A stretch of DNA of 64,000 nucleotides. It comes from Candidatus Borrarchaeum weybense. GTDB lineage: Archaea > Asgardarchaeota > Sifarchaeia > Borrarchaeales > Borrarchaeaceae. The position numbers were made by a program, and so were the translations under genes. Shown piece by piece: positions 39,201-49,314 of the stretch. The DNA lies in the NCBI GenBank assembly GCA_019057385.1, contig JAHQJS010000004.1, positions 448,001 through 512,000 on the forward strand. The letters run 5' to 3'. The notes under the pieces are model-generated. The model made no database searches and was not told the origin of the DNA. It saw only the letters and a program-made list of their open reading frames with translations. The first letter of the stretch is position 1; every line of letters begins with the position of its first letter.

Positions 39201-39236
39201 GAAATCACCCCGTCCCTTTAGGATGGGATAATTGAC
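39201..39236 (+). mobile_element. Solo IS200/IS605 end hairpin (PATE/REP-like remnant)
   Basis: GAAATCACCCCGTCCCTTTAGGATGGGATAATTGAC matches the typical 'GAAGCCCC..CTTTAG..GGGG..GTTGAC' terminus. Confidence 0.6.
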
Positions 39237-39309
39237 CTTTTTGTAAGACAGTGATGGACAAATTTAATAGAAAGTTATTCATATTGCACATGATGTTGTT
39301 AGTTGGCTC

Positions 39310-40083
39310 TTGGAGGTATCTATTATAAATACTGCGACTGGTTACACAGATGTACAACGCAGGATGTTGATATTGTTATTAGAGAACCATGCACTATTTC
39401 TCGACGTTGAATTCCATTTAATGATCCCTGAGAATGCAAAAGGCCAGTTACACTATTTTTACATGCATAAATTACATGTGGGAACAAGAAGCCTTCAAAA
39501 AATTCTCCGTACTCTGCAAAAAAAAGGATTAGTGGAACGTAAAGATAAAAAAAGAGGACGATCTTTCGCAATGAGATATCTACTTACCTCTCACGGCAGA
39601 TTAGTAGGAAATAAATTGCTCAAGGAAGAGAAGGACCCTCCTAAAGTTCTTGCAGAGAGACATATGCGGGTTTTAATAAAATCAGAGGAGGGGTCTGTTA
39701 AAGAAGAACCACTTTTCGCGATCTCCCCAAGAGGTGCAATTATCTCGATAAATGATGTAACCATTAAAAAAGAAACTCGGACAGTCCTAGTCAGAAAAGA
39801 ATACATCCTAGTAAGAAATGATATTGTGATAGTAACAAAACGAGTAAGTGGGGATAGTTGTAAAATTATAATTAAAGGATTGAAAGGGCAAATTGCTCAA
39901 GAGATATATGAAAAGGTAAAACGAGTCTGCTTGCTGACTGAGGTTTGTGACGATTTCGAATGCTCTATTCAAACACCACTTTCGGAGGAGTGCTTTTCGT
40001 CTATAGCTGGATTAACGCAAGGAGACCGTGCAAGAAAACTATTGGATGAGTGGAAAACTACTATTAAAGGAGTGGAATGCTAG
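39310..40083 (+). CDS. wHTH + unknown C-terminal domain, paralog 1
   Basis: 'LHVGTRSLQKILRTLQKKGLVER....YLLTSHG'. Confidence 0.65.
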   Translation: MEVSIINTATGYTDVQRRMLILLLENHALFLDVEFHLMIPENAKGQLHYFYMHKLHVGTRSLQKILRTLQKKGLVERKDKKRGRSFAMRYLLTSHGRLVGNKLLKEEKDPPKVLAERHMRVLIKSEEGSVKEEPLFAISPRGAIISINDVTIKKETRTVLVRKEYILVRNDIVIVTKRVSGDSCKIIIKGLKGQIAQEIYEKVKRVCLLTEVCDDFECSIQTPLSEECFSSIAGLTQGDRARKLLDEWKTTIKGVEC

Positions 40084-40110
40084 TCAATCATTTTAATTGG
40101 GCTGAGACCG

Positions 40111-40887
40111 ATGCGGGACAAAGATCTGAAGCTGTTGGAGGACGACTTGTTAGTCCTATGTTTAGATAATTGCAGTATATATCTGTTTTCGGATGATCGT
40201 CACTATACTGATAGTTGCAGATCAAACTTAATAGCCATAGATTCACCAGGAAAGACATCCACTTGGTACGCATGTCGATTAAAAGTGGGATCACGAACTT
40301 TTATGCGAATAACAAAACAAGCATGCGCCAAAAAACTATTAGAAGAGCGGCGTGTTATGCGACATCATTCGTTCGTAAGACTTCTAGAACTCACCCCCTT
40401 AGGAGAAAAGACTGCAAAACGCTTGAAAGCTGAAAGAAATGATGAATTTCCTGAACCCGAAGAAGATCCCCTCATAAAAGTTCGAGTACGATCGCACAGT
40501 CCTCACGCTCAAGAAGAGCCAATACTTGTTATGAAAGAAAAGTGCCTATCCTCATTAATAGCTGTAACCATATTACGAGAAAAAACTGATAACGAAGAAT
40601 ACATAATCACAAAAAGCGATACAATTGTTGTCACAATAAGAGATGCAGAACTTCCCGAAGGAAAGGATCGAAAAGTCTTAGTGAAGGGTATTGAACTAAA
40701 ACCTTCGCTTTATGAGCGGATCAAAAGATTGGTTCTGATAACGTTAAACGATGAAGACCTTCAATTTAGTTTTGTACCACATACACCGCTTCCTTATGAA
40801 TTCTCTAACGTAAAAAAGTTAAGAACAAATCTGGCGCAAAAAATGCTCAAACAGTGGAATTGTTTCAAAAAAACGTCTTGTTCGTAA
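40111..40887 (+). CDS. wHTH + unknown C-terminal domain, paralog 2
   Basis: Shares LDN, LKVGSR, LTPLG, EEP, EYII, VKG and PL motifs with paralog 1. Confidence 0.65.
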   Translation: MRDKDLKLLEDDLLVLCLDNCSIYLFSDDRHYTDSCRSNLIAIDSPGKTSTWYACRLKVGSRTFMRITKQACAKKLLEERRVMRHHSFVRLLELTPLGEKTAKRLKAERNDEFPEPEEDPLIKVRVRSHSPHAQEEPILVMKEKCLSSLIAVTILREKTDNEEYIITKSDTIVVTIRDAELPEGKDRKVLVKGIELKPSLYERIKRLVLITLNDEDLQFSFVPHTPLPYEFSNVKKLRTNLAQKMLKQWNCFKKTSCS

Positions 40888-40974
40888 TCTGTCAGCATAA
40901 TCATGTCATAAAAGAATATTTTAAGTATGCTACTACCCATAATCTGTTCATAGAGACACATATAGGCGGATTTT

Positions 40975-41904
40975 ATGACTGATTCCTCAAGTGTTCCTTC
41001 AAGGAAGGGGGGTGCCGTGGATCACCCCGAATTGTCGATGATCGGGTGCCTGTGTTCCCGCGTCGGGCTAACTCAACCATCCGTGAGGACAGAAGCTCCG
41101 TCCGTAAGGGGGGAGTAGTTCACGACTGATCATTTATCACCATTAGAAGATCAATTTCTTGTTCTTTTACTAGATAATGCAAGCATTTTTCCGCAATTTG
41201 ACCGCTGGGATATCATTAGCTCAGAACTCCCACGAGGAAAACTAATTTTCTGGTATGCTGGAAAACTTCACATAGGAACAAAAACACTTCTAAAAACAAT
41301 GCGACGTCTTAACAAAAAAGAGTTAATTAAAAGGCAGGATTGTGTAAGAAGAAGTGCTTCAGTAATGCGATATATACTAACAAAGAAAGGAAAAGAAGTT
41401 GCAACTCAAATTAAGACAAGATGCAACGAAGATAGCTGTGTGAAGCCTCCTAAGGATTGCTTCATCAAGGTATTAACAACGATGTACGGATGCGAGGGTA
41501 TAGAACAGCCACTTTTCTCAATAAAGCAGAAGCAGATAACACCGATTAAAGATGTTACAATGAAAAAAGAATTCACAGAGAGTGCAGAGTTCGTTATTAC
41601 GCGTGGAGATACTCTTATTGTAACAATAAGAAAGAAACACAAAAAAAGCGACGAGCATGAAATACTCATAAAAGGTCTTGCTTGTGACTTTGAGTTATTT
41701 GAGAAGGCAAAACGTTATGCACTTGTTTTTTTGCAGCAGAGAGGTGAATACAATGAAAATCACTTGTCTTATAAATTTGTCTCTCTAATACCTCTCCCGG
41801 AGTCATATCTTTCACATAAAAATTCCTTTCAGAAGAAAACTAAGAACATGCTCAAAGAATGGAGAGACCATACCTTAAGTCACCTACAGAAAAAAACGGA
41901 CTGA
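40975..41904 (+). pseudogene. wHTH paralog 3, interrupted after codon 3 by a 147-nt omegaRNA-like insertion carrying a TAG
   Basis: Removing 40977-41123 restores MTDHLSPLEDQFLVLLLDN...LHIGTK, in frame with the 41299 ORF. Confidence 0.75.
40984..41123 (+). mobile_element. Non-autonomous IS605/TnpB right-end (omegaRNA scaffold) element
   Basis: GC-rich island ending GAAGCTCCGTCCGTAAGGGGGGAGTAGTTCAC; flanked by a GACTGAT direct repeat. Confidence 0.75.
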
Positions 41905-41920
41905 CAAAAGCACCTTCCCT

Positions 41921-43816
41921 TTAGAAAGCTGCTGCCAACATCTCGTTGATGTGTGTCACTATATCTTTCCAATTTTGTACCTCTAACACCCTTCCGTTTT
42001 TAGCAAGTTGTTTGGCAAACCAAGGTCTGCCCTGCGGGATATAGAACACATTAACTTGATCAAAGAAATTCACAACATCCCTAGGATCTTCCCCATGCGT
42101 CCAGACACAATCTGAAATCAAAAACACAATTTTTTTTGGCGCATTTGTGCGTGTAAACTCATCTAAGGAAACTTCTAAAGCCCCTCTGATGTCTGTCAAC
42201 ATTGTGTGGCGAAGTGAGACGATATTAGTAACAACTCTATCAATTTGTCTTTCCTGATTTAATCCTTTTAACAGATACTGATCTGTATTATAAGCAATTA
42301 CACCAAAGTTGTCATGTTTGCGATTCATTGCATATGAAAGAATAGATGCGATAAGGATAGCTATCTCGATTTTCTCGCCTCTCATCGATTCAGAACAATC
42401 AACAAGGAGCATAGCCCCTCTACTAGTTGTTTCTCGTGATCTGACAATAAAATCTTCTTCTTTGGGATATACCTCTTGTACTAGATTTTCAATTGTACGC
42501 TCAATATCGAGATCGTCATCTCCATTAAACTTGTGAGGTCGTAAACGTCCTTCACGTCTTCCAAAAGGAGTAGCTCTAAGTGCACGCTTTAGAGCAACTT
42601 GCAATGATAATACTCTTGCCAATTGTTTCATATATTCCCTTGGTTGTCGTTTATGATATTCTATCCCGTCTGATGCGCTGTGAGTCGGGTGTGAATCGAA
42701 TGTCACAAGATTTTTTGCGTTCAATCCTGCAGGATGAGCCTCTCCAGAGACATTTTCAGAGGTCTTTTCAAGAGGAATTGGATATGCTGTACCTTCTATT
42801 TCTTCTGGAATTGCAACATTGATTTCTTCCATATCATCTTCTTCATCTTCGGGTGCTTGACTTTTTTTTTCAGGAAATAATTCTTTTTCTAATTCATCTT
42901 CTTCGCGATGTTCTTCTTTTTTTTCATCTCCTTCTCCTGGTCCTTCTGTGTCAATTTCACTTTGAAGTTCCTCAAAAATTGAGGAGATTATCTCGTAAAT
43001 TATTTCCTCTTCTGATTTGTTCGATGTAGGGGCTGGCCAAATTTTTAAGCGTAAGGAAACGATAGCAGCGTCGAGTAAATCTTCAAAGGTGTAGTTATCT
43101 TTTGCCCCATTCATTATCAACTGAATAAAATCGATTGCACCTCTTATACTTGCACCTGCTTTTAGATCTGGATGTTTTCTACTTCTTTGTATGATTTCAA
43201 CTGCTAGATCAATTAGCCATTCATCTTTGCATTGCGTGTTAACTTTAACTATTTGTATTTCTTCTTCTTTGGACTGATATAACATTTTTAGACTTACGAA
43301 CCGATCTAAAACCCCTCGGCTAATGCGCGAGACTCCAATATCGTCCAAGGGGTTTTGAGTCGCCACCACCGAGAAATTTGCATTAGCATTTACGTTTCCA
43401 TAACGCGGAATATCCATTGTCTTTTCACTAAGTGAAACAAGTAACACATTAAGTGTTTCAGGCGGTGCTCTATTGATTTCCTCTATGTAAAGTATACCTC
43501 CCTCTTCCATGGCTTTAGCCAATGGACCTTTTCGAAAATTCTCTTTTTTATAACCTGTCTGCAATACTGCTGAGGGATCAAAATGTCCGATCAACTTGGG
43601 TACGGTCAAATCTTCATTGCCTTCTACGAAATAAAATGGGACATCTAAAATTTCGCTAAAATTCCTAAGTATGGTTGTTTTTGAAGTTCCTGGTGCCCCC
43701 TCAAGAAGAACTGCCTTATCGGCAGCTAATGCACTTAATATAAGGCGAATTTCTTTTCGTCTTCCTACGATTTGTGCACAAACTCTACCGAATACGTCAT
43801 TTACGTCAATGTCCAT
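41921..43816 (-). CDS. MoxR AAA+ ATPase fused to a vWA domain
   Basis: GAPGTSKT, YIEEINR, ATQNP, LDRF, ASIRG; acidic linker; MIDAS DCSES. Confidence 0.85.
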   Translation of the reverse strand: MDIDVNDVFGRVCAQIVGRRKEIRLILSALAADKAVLLEGAPGTSKTTILRNFSEILDVPFYFVEGNEDLTVPKLIGHFDPSAVLQTGYKKENFRKGPLAKAMEEGGILYIEEINRAPPETLNVLLVSLSEKTMDIPRYGNVNANANFSVVATQNPLDDIGVSRISRGVLDRFVSLKMLYQSKEEEIQIVKVNTQCKDEWLIDLAVEIIQRSRKHPDLKAGASIRGAIDFIQLIMNGAKDNYTFEDLLDAAIVSLRLKIWPAPTSNKSEEEIIYEIISSIFEELQSEIDTEGPGEGDEKKEEHREEDELEKELFPEKKSQAPEDEEDDMEEINVAIPEEIEGTAYPIPLEKTSENVSGEAHPAGLNAKNLVTFDSHPTHSASDGIEYHKRQPREYMKQLARVLSLQVALKRALRATPFGRREGRLRPHKFNGDDDLDIERTIENLVQEVYPKEEDFIVRSRETTSRGAMLLVDCSESMRGEKIEIAILIASILSYAMNRKHDNFGVIAYNTDQYLLKGLNQERQIDRVVTNIVSLRHTMLTDIRGALEVSLDEFTRTNAPKKIVFLISDCVWTHGEDPRDVVNFFDQVNVFYIPQGRPWFAKQLAKNGRVLEVQNWKDIVTHINEMLAAAF

Positions 43817-44250
43817 AAGCGCAACACCAACTGCTGTAATTTTGTTTAGATGCCACAAAGCGCTACTATATAATAATCTCTAAAAGGTAACGACTTCTAA
43901 ATTTTCTTTTAAGTGAATTGATTAATCATGCTATCTGAGGAAATATTCACTTTAAAATTGTTTGCTTTCGTGTATGAACTAAAATGATACTACACATATG
44001 ACTTCCTCTTTTTGAAACTTCCTTTGGTCGCTAATCACTCATTCACCCGTTGTTCTCCAGTTGTATCTTTTTTGAAATCTCTATACTACTCACAGATAAC
44101 TTTTTACCTGCTGCGGGTTCTGAGACTGCTTGTAAGCATATAAAACTGTAAAAAACAGTATATTTAAAAACTGCGGGGAATGTTGCATAGTATATATAAG
44201 CCAATCATTATGTCATATTGCTTCTAAAAATAAAACACGAGGTAATAGAA

Positions 44251-45534
44251 ATGCCTAAAGTTAAAGTGTCGATAGCTAAAGCAGATAATTATGAAGAGGC
44301 GCAAACCGGTATCCGAGCTGTGATGGAGCCTTTAGGAGGCTTTGGTGCATTTATCAAGGACGGTCAGAGCGTCTGGCTCAAACCTAATATGGTGCGTCCA
44401 CTACCAAACGTTCCTGCGCTTACAGATGCGCGCTTCATGGCGGCTCTAATTAGAGAAATAAAAGAACAAACAGATCCCTCCAGAATTGTCGTTGCAGATG
44501 CACCCTACAGAGGATATCCTGGGGTGAAGGCCTTTAATTTTGAGGGAGAGTACAGCGGTTTAAAGATGAAAGAGACGTGTGAAAAGGAAGGTGCCGAGGT
44601 CATTTACCTGGATGAATACAAATGGGAGAAGGTCGAAATCCCAAGTGCCAAAGTACTTAAGGAAGCCGAGTTTTCCAAACTTCGCAACGAGGTAGATGTC
44701 ATTATCAACGTTCCTAAACTGAAGACCCATGTGCAACCAGGTATCACCGTAGCGCTAAAGAATTGGCATGGTTTCATCAGTTGGCCTTATCGCAGATTAT
44801 GGCATGCAGATAACCTCAGCCAGAAGTTGGTTGATATATTCAAAGGTCCTGGTGCGATGCCTGCTTTGAACATAGTAGATGGTATAATCGGTGTTCATGA
44901 ATTTGGTCCATCAATTGCAGGCCTACCTTATGATTCAAAGACGATAATAGCCAGTCCAGATCCCGTTGCAACCGATGCAGTCGCATCTTACATGATGGGC
45001 TGGGATGACCCGTTTCAGGTGGAAATGGTTAGAATTGGTCACTACGATGGTGTTGGCGTTGGAGATCTTAATGAAATTGAGATTGTTGGAGAGCCAATTT
45101 TTCAATTTGAAGATTGGATTCGTCCCAATATGGATCTCATCGCAGTATATCCTAATGTCAATGTAATAGTTGGTGGTCTTTGTGCTGGATGCAAATCGCG
45201 AGTAAAATTTGCGATGGAAAACATTTTGAAACGAGGACTTTGGGAAGAATACTTCGAGAAGCACGGCCCCCTTACAATAGTATGTGGAGTTGGCGCACGT
45301 TTGCCAGAGCCAAGCGAAGATGTGTGGTACGTAGGGGATTGCACACAATTTGGTCAGAAATGGGACGAAGAGGGAAATCCACGATTTGCCTGGGATGAAG
45401 AAACGGTTGCAGAACGTAGAAAGTTACTCGAAGATCCTAAAGCGGTATGGTTTAGAGGCTGCCCCGTATGGTTCACGGCTCTCTCGGATGAAATCAAAGA
45501 ACGAGTAAGGAAAGCAGCAGAAGCAGAAGCCTAA
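44251..45534 (+). CDS. DUF362 family protein
   Basis: VWLKPN, INVPKLKTH, ALKN, IVDG, DPVATD, CAGC, GDC, GCP. Confidence 0.85.
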   Translation: MPKVKVSIAKADNYEEAQTGIRAVMEPLGGFGAFIKDGQSVWLKPNMVRPLPNVPALTDARFMAALIREIKEQTDPSRIVVADAPYRGYPGVKAFNFEGEYSGLKMKETCEKEGAEVIYLDEYKWEKVEIPSAKVLKEAEFSKLRNEVDVIINVPKLKTHVQPGITVALKNWHGFISWPYRRLWHADNLSQKLVDIFKGPGAMPALNIVDGIIGVHEFGPSIAGLPYDSKTIIASPDPVATDAVASYMMGWDDPFQVEMVRIGHYDGVGVGDLNEIEIVGEPIFQFEDWIRPNMDLIAVYPNVNVIVGGLCAGCKSRVKFAMENILKRGLWEEYFEKHGPLTIVCGVGARLPEPSEDVWYVGDCTQFGQKWDEEGNPRFAWDEETVAERRKLLEDPKAVWFRGCPVWFTALSDEIKERVRKAAEAEA

Positions 45535-45581
45535 CTCTCTTTTTTGCTACATTACCCTCTTTTTTATTTCATATTTTTCAA

Positions 45582-46571
45582 CTATCGATCCCAAGGTTTA
45601 ATCCCAGTAATGGCATCCTTAGTAAAGTCGAATACAGTTGATTTTTCCTTTCCGTCAGTTATGACTAATTGTTTATCTTCAGTTATTTCCCCAACAACTG
45701 CCGCTGCAATATTCTGTTTCTTAAAAATAGTTAACGCTTGTTTTGCCAAGTTTGGGTGCGTTGTAAGTAAATAACCGAACCCTGGGTTGACTCTCAGCCA
45801 ATCTTCTAAAGAGATCGAATCTGGCTTTGGAACGTTCCTGACATCCACCAGTGCCCCAGTCCCCGCTACTTCAAGCATCATTCCTAATGTTCCTATAATC
45901 CCAGGCATGCTCACATCTTTACAAGAGGTAGCTAACTTGAGATGTGCAATAGTTGTAATCGTCTCAAAATTCTTTCGAACGACATCTGGATCTTTAAATG
46001 AAGTATTATCAAAGCCAGTAAAGAGTGTTTCCTTTCCATCTGTATCGATGGTTACAATAAGAACATCACCAGGTCTTGAACCATGAGAATACAGAATTTC
46101 ATCTTTTTTTGCTGCACCAATCGTTGAACAATCAAGTGAGGGACTCGGGGCGTCCGGAATGATATGTCCTCCTAATATTGGACATCTAAATATCTCTGAT
46201 CCCTTCTTAAGACCGTGCATAATTTCTGCTAACGTTTCCTCGTTGTTAAAACTGATGACGCTTAAGAAGCCAAGTGGCTTACCACCCATAGCATAGATGT
46301 CCTTCACGTTAACTACAACACAAAAATATCCGGCATCTCTTGGATGTTTTTCAACAAACTGAGATCGCATGGCATCGTTCGTAAAAAGTACAACGTCATT
46401 TTGTCCGAGTTCTCGCAAATTTATTGCAGCAGAATCTTCTCCGTATGCTTCAAGCACGTAATTATTCTTTAACTTAGAGCCTAGAATCTCTGTTATTTTT
46501 TGAATTGGTTTTTTGCGTATAATACCCTCATTAAGCCTAAGATTCTTCGCTAATTCGTCCAAGTCAGTCAT
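45582..46571 (-). CDS. AIR synthase (PurM-like) family protein, methanogenesis-marker-2/sll0787-like
   Basis: GEDSAAI, VNVKDIYAMGG.P, GGH, KDVSMPGIIGT..M.LE. Confidence 0.75.
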   Translation of the reverse strand: MTDLDELAKNLRLNEGIIRKKPIQKITEILGSKLKNNYVLEAYGEDSAAINLRELGQNDVVLFTNDAMRSQFVEKHPRDAGYFCVVVNVKDIYAMGGKPLGFLSVISFNNEETLAEIMHGLKKGSEIFRCPILGGHIIPDAPSPSLDCSTIGAAKKDEILYSHGSRPGDVLIVTIDTDGKETLFTGFDNTSFKDPDVVRKNFETITTIAHLKLATSCKDVSMPGIIGTLGMMLEVAGTGALVDVRNVPKPDSISLEDWLRVNPGFGYLLTTHPNLAKQALTIFKKQNIAAAVVGEITEDKQLVITDGKEKSTVFDFTKDAITGIKPWDR

Positions 46572-46712
46572 ATTTGTTAACTCCCTGAGATCTTATGGGA
46601 AATTTCGTTTTTTATAGGATATCTAACTCTCTTTTCTCTTGTGGCTCTTTCTTACGAAAGATTCATAAAGCTGATGTTAGGGATAGGATGTGCTCTAAAG
46701 GAGGAAACGCCT

Positions 46713-48101
46713 ATTCGGATCAAAATCTCTTCAATTTTTATAATTATTCTTCTTTGCGTCTCAGTAGCAGTTCTATGTTTGCCCGTTAAAGCCGATACAA
46801 ATGCCAACAACTCCTTGTTTGTGACAGGGTTACAAGGAGATTCGAACCTTATCAATAGTTACTATGTGTATGTAAATGATACACACCCCTCTTTTTCAGT
46901 AAAAGTTGATGTAAAATGGTGGAAAGGTTCAACTGAATCAAATATGAGGATTACAGTAGAAAAACCTGGTGGAACCCTTTACAAGCAGGAAGAAGTGTCA
47001 TATGGGACTACAGGTCTTATTGAACTATTAGTTAAAGCAAAGCAAGTTGGGGTATGGGAGGTAAGAATTGAATGCCTAAAAGCAGCTCCAGGTGACTTAT
47101 TAGTCGGATATTCGCTTAATGTCCCTGAATTGGACGGAAAAATATGGGCTGATGATCTTTGGATTTCTAATGAAGAAGGAGATGCTTTTGAATACTGGTT
47201 GGAAGTACATCGCTTCCTTGAAGGAAAAAGTTTTACACTAAATGTATTAAATGTAGATAGTCAAGGAAGAGTAGATTTACTCTTTCCAACAGGAAAATTA
47301 GCAGAACGTATGCAAATTCAACCTACTGAAAATGAGTGGAGTGCAACACAAGAAGTTCTCCATGAAGAAGGAGGTTTCTGGAAACTTCGCTTCGATGCTA
47401 ATTGGCAGGCAGCACACATCACTGTGATAGACCAGAATGAGGATACACTTCGCCTCTTTCTTGCGACACAGAATGATATTCCTCCACGACCGGGCCCTGT
47501 ATTATTCAATTACGTACAGGAACTAAAACTCACACAGGCAGAGCCATCAAAAATTACACTTGACATTTATAACGGTATCTCTGCCAGTTTTTATGTCATA
47601 GTAAGAACGAGCGGAGTAGGATTTACAGCTACTTCGCAAGAGATCTATATCGTGCCTGGTACAAATGTGGTATTTATTGACACATTGTTTTTGCCCTCAT
47701 CACCTTATGAATGGGGGAATAGGATCCTAAAGATAGATTTAATAGTTCAAAGCACTTACATGGACAGCGTTCTCGTTCCGGTCGATGTACAAATCAACAC
47801 ATCTAATATCATGATAGGTTATGTTTCTCCAACGATAGTAATCTTGGCATTAGCGTCTCAACTGATTGTATATAAGAAAGAAATGGATGAAAGTGGTAAA
47901 AAGTTAAGAATCACTCGCTGTGTACTAGGCTTCTTAATGGCCGTCTTTGGGATCACTAATGCCTTTGGATTTGCTATCGCAGATGTAATCGTTCACAGCA
48001 GCCTAACATTTGGTGGATACGTAACATTAGTAATCTCAGTAGCCACTACATTGCTTGGCTATCTTTGGCTACATCGCGGACTCACAGATCACTGGGTCTA
48101 A
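46713..48101 (+). CDS. Secreted beta-rich surface protein with 3 C-terminal TMs (probable ATT start)
   Basis: GGAGG, 8 nt, then ATT gives the signal peptide (M)RIKISSIFIIILLCVSVAVLCLPVKA. Confidence 0.6.
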   Translation: MRIKISSIFIIILLCVSVAVLCLPVKADTNANNSLFVTGLQGDSNLINSYYVYVNDTHPSFSVKVDVKWWKGSTESNMRITVEKPGGTLYKQEEVSYGTTGLIELLVKAKQVGVWEVRIECLKAAPGDLLVGYSLNVPELDGKIWADDLWISNEEGDAFEYWLEVHRFLEGKSFTLNVLNVDSQGRVDLLFPTGKLAERMQIQPTENEWSATQEVLHEEGGFWKLRFDANWQAAHITVIDQNEDTLRLFLATQNDIPPRPGPVLFNYVQELKLTQAEPSKITLDIYNGISASFYVIVRTSGVGFTATSQEIYIVPGTNVVFIDTLFLPSSPYEWGNRILKIDLIVQSTYMDSVLVPVDVQINTSNIMIGYVSPTIVILALASQLIVYKKEMDESGKKLRITRCVLGFLMAVFGITNAFGFAIADVIVHSSLTFGGYVTLVISVATTLLGYLWLHRGLTDHWV

Positions 48102-48441
48102 CGCGACTTCTCTTATTTTTCTTTTCCATCTATAAAAAACGCTTGACTTGAATAAGACGGTTTCTATGGTAGCATCGTGAGATATTTAAGATGACAGTGA
48201 CATAATCTATTCGTCTAATAGCATACTTAGAAGTTATTATTCATAGTCTTTTAAGAAAAAAGAAAAACAATCTGATGTCATTATTACGCGCGCGAAAAGC
48301 CTTTAATGTGTCACCTGATAAGAACGTCATATTAAAAGTTTAAAAGAGAAAGTAGCTATAATTGAAAAACAATATACTCAAAGTTTTGAGTAGGTTAATA
48401 TCACAATCAGAAAATGAGATGAAGTATTCGGAGGATTAATT

Positions 48442-48999
48442 TTGGCTAAAATAACAGAAGTAAGATTTCATGGCAGGGGAGGTCAAGGCGTAGTTACTGC
48501 TAGCCGACTCCTTGCTAACGCAGCGATTCTTGAAGGAAAGTTTATACAAGCTTTCCCAGAGTTTGGTCCAGAACGAGCAGGGGCGCCAATCAAGGGGTAC
48601 ACACGAATCGGTGATGAAAAATTCACCATAAAATCGGCAATTTATACTCCTGACGTTGTTGCTGTAATCGATCCTACGTTACCAAGACTAGTGCCAGTCA
48701 CTGAAGGTCTAAAGGAGGGTGGAATTGTTGTCATTAACACTCCTCAAACTCCTGAAACTGTAAAGAGTGAACTTAATGTGCAAGGCACAGTAGCCGCTGT
48801 AAATGCAACGAATATTGCTCTAGAAACAATTGGGCGTCCAATTGCAAATACAGCAATCTTAGGTGCACTAGTAAAAGTCACTGATCTAGTAAAACTTGAT
48901 TCACTTTTTGAGGCACTTCTAGAGATTTTCAAAGGTGGCGTCGGCCAGAAAAATGTTGACGCAATTAAAAGAAGTTATGAGGAGGTTAAAGTTGCATGA
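48442..48999 (+). CDS. porG: Pyruvate/2-oxoacid:ferredoxin oxidoreductase gamma subunit
   Basis: EVRFHGRGGQG, FGPERAGAP. Confidence 0.9.
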   Translation: MAKITEVRFHGRGGQGVVTASRLLANAAILEGKFIQAFPEFGPERAGAPIKGYTRIGDEKFTIKSAIYTPDVVAVIDPTLPRLVPVTEGLKEGGIVVINTPQTPETVKSELNVQGTVAAVNATNIALETIGRPIANTAILGALVKVTDLVKLDSLFEALLEIFKGGVGQKNVDAIKRSYEEVKVA

Positions 49000-49307
49000 C
49001 CATCCAAGACGAGTACAGGAAAAAGGGTTGGAAAGACTTGCCCCCAGGCGGAATAGTCGATCGACCAGCGACAGCTCTTGATTATAAGACTGGAACGTGG
49101 CGAGCATTTCGCCCAATTCGCAACAAAGACAAAAAAATTTGTCAGAATCCCGAAAACTGTTTGATTTGCTGGGCTCTCTGTCCTGATGCAGCAATAAAAA
49201 GGGTAGAACCTAACGAACTAGAATTCGATATGGACTATTGTAAGGGCTGCGGAGTTTGTGCCCTTGAATGTCCTCTAAAGGCAATTGAAATGGAACAGGA
49301 GGAATAA
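48996..49307 (+). CDS. porD: PFOR delta subunit
   Basis: KTGTWR..RP, CLICWALCPD, YCKGCGVCALECP. Confidence 0.9.
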   Translation: MTIQDEYRKKGWKDLPPGGIVDRPATALDYKTGTWRAFRPIRNKDKKICQNPENCLICWALCPDAAIKRVEPNELEFDMDYCKGCGVCALECPLKAIEMEQEE

Positions 49308-49314
49308 TGGTAAA

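Noticed and set aside
39161-39245. Upstream seed duplication for the solo hairpin (TTAA-cttttg vs ctttttg)
   Set aside because: Only 5 low-complexity nucleotides match, so it is not evidence.
41116-41118. TAG (also 60163-60165) as pyrrolysine or stop-codon recoding
   Set aside because: TAG terminates many normal genes here, this TAG is part of the conserved IS right-end motif, and no pyl genes are in the window.
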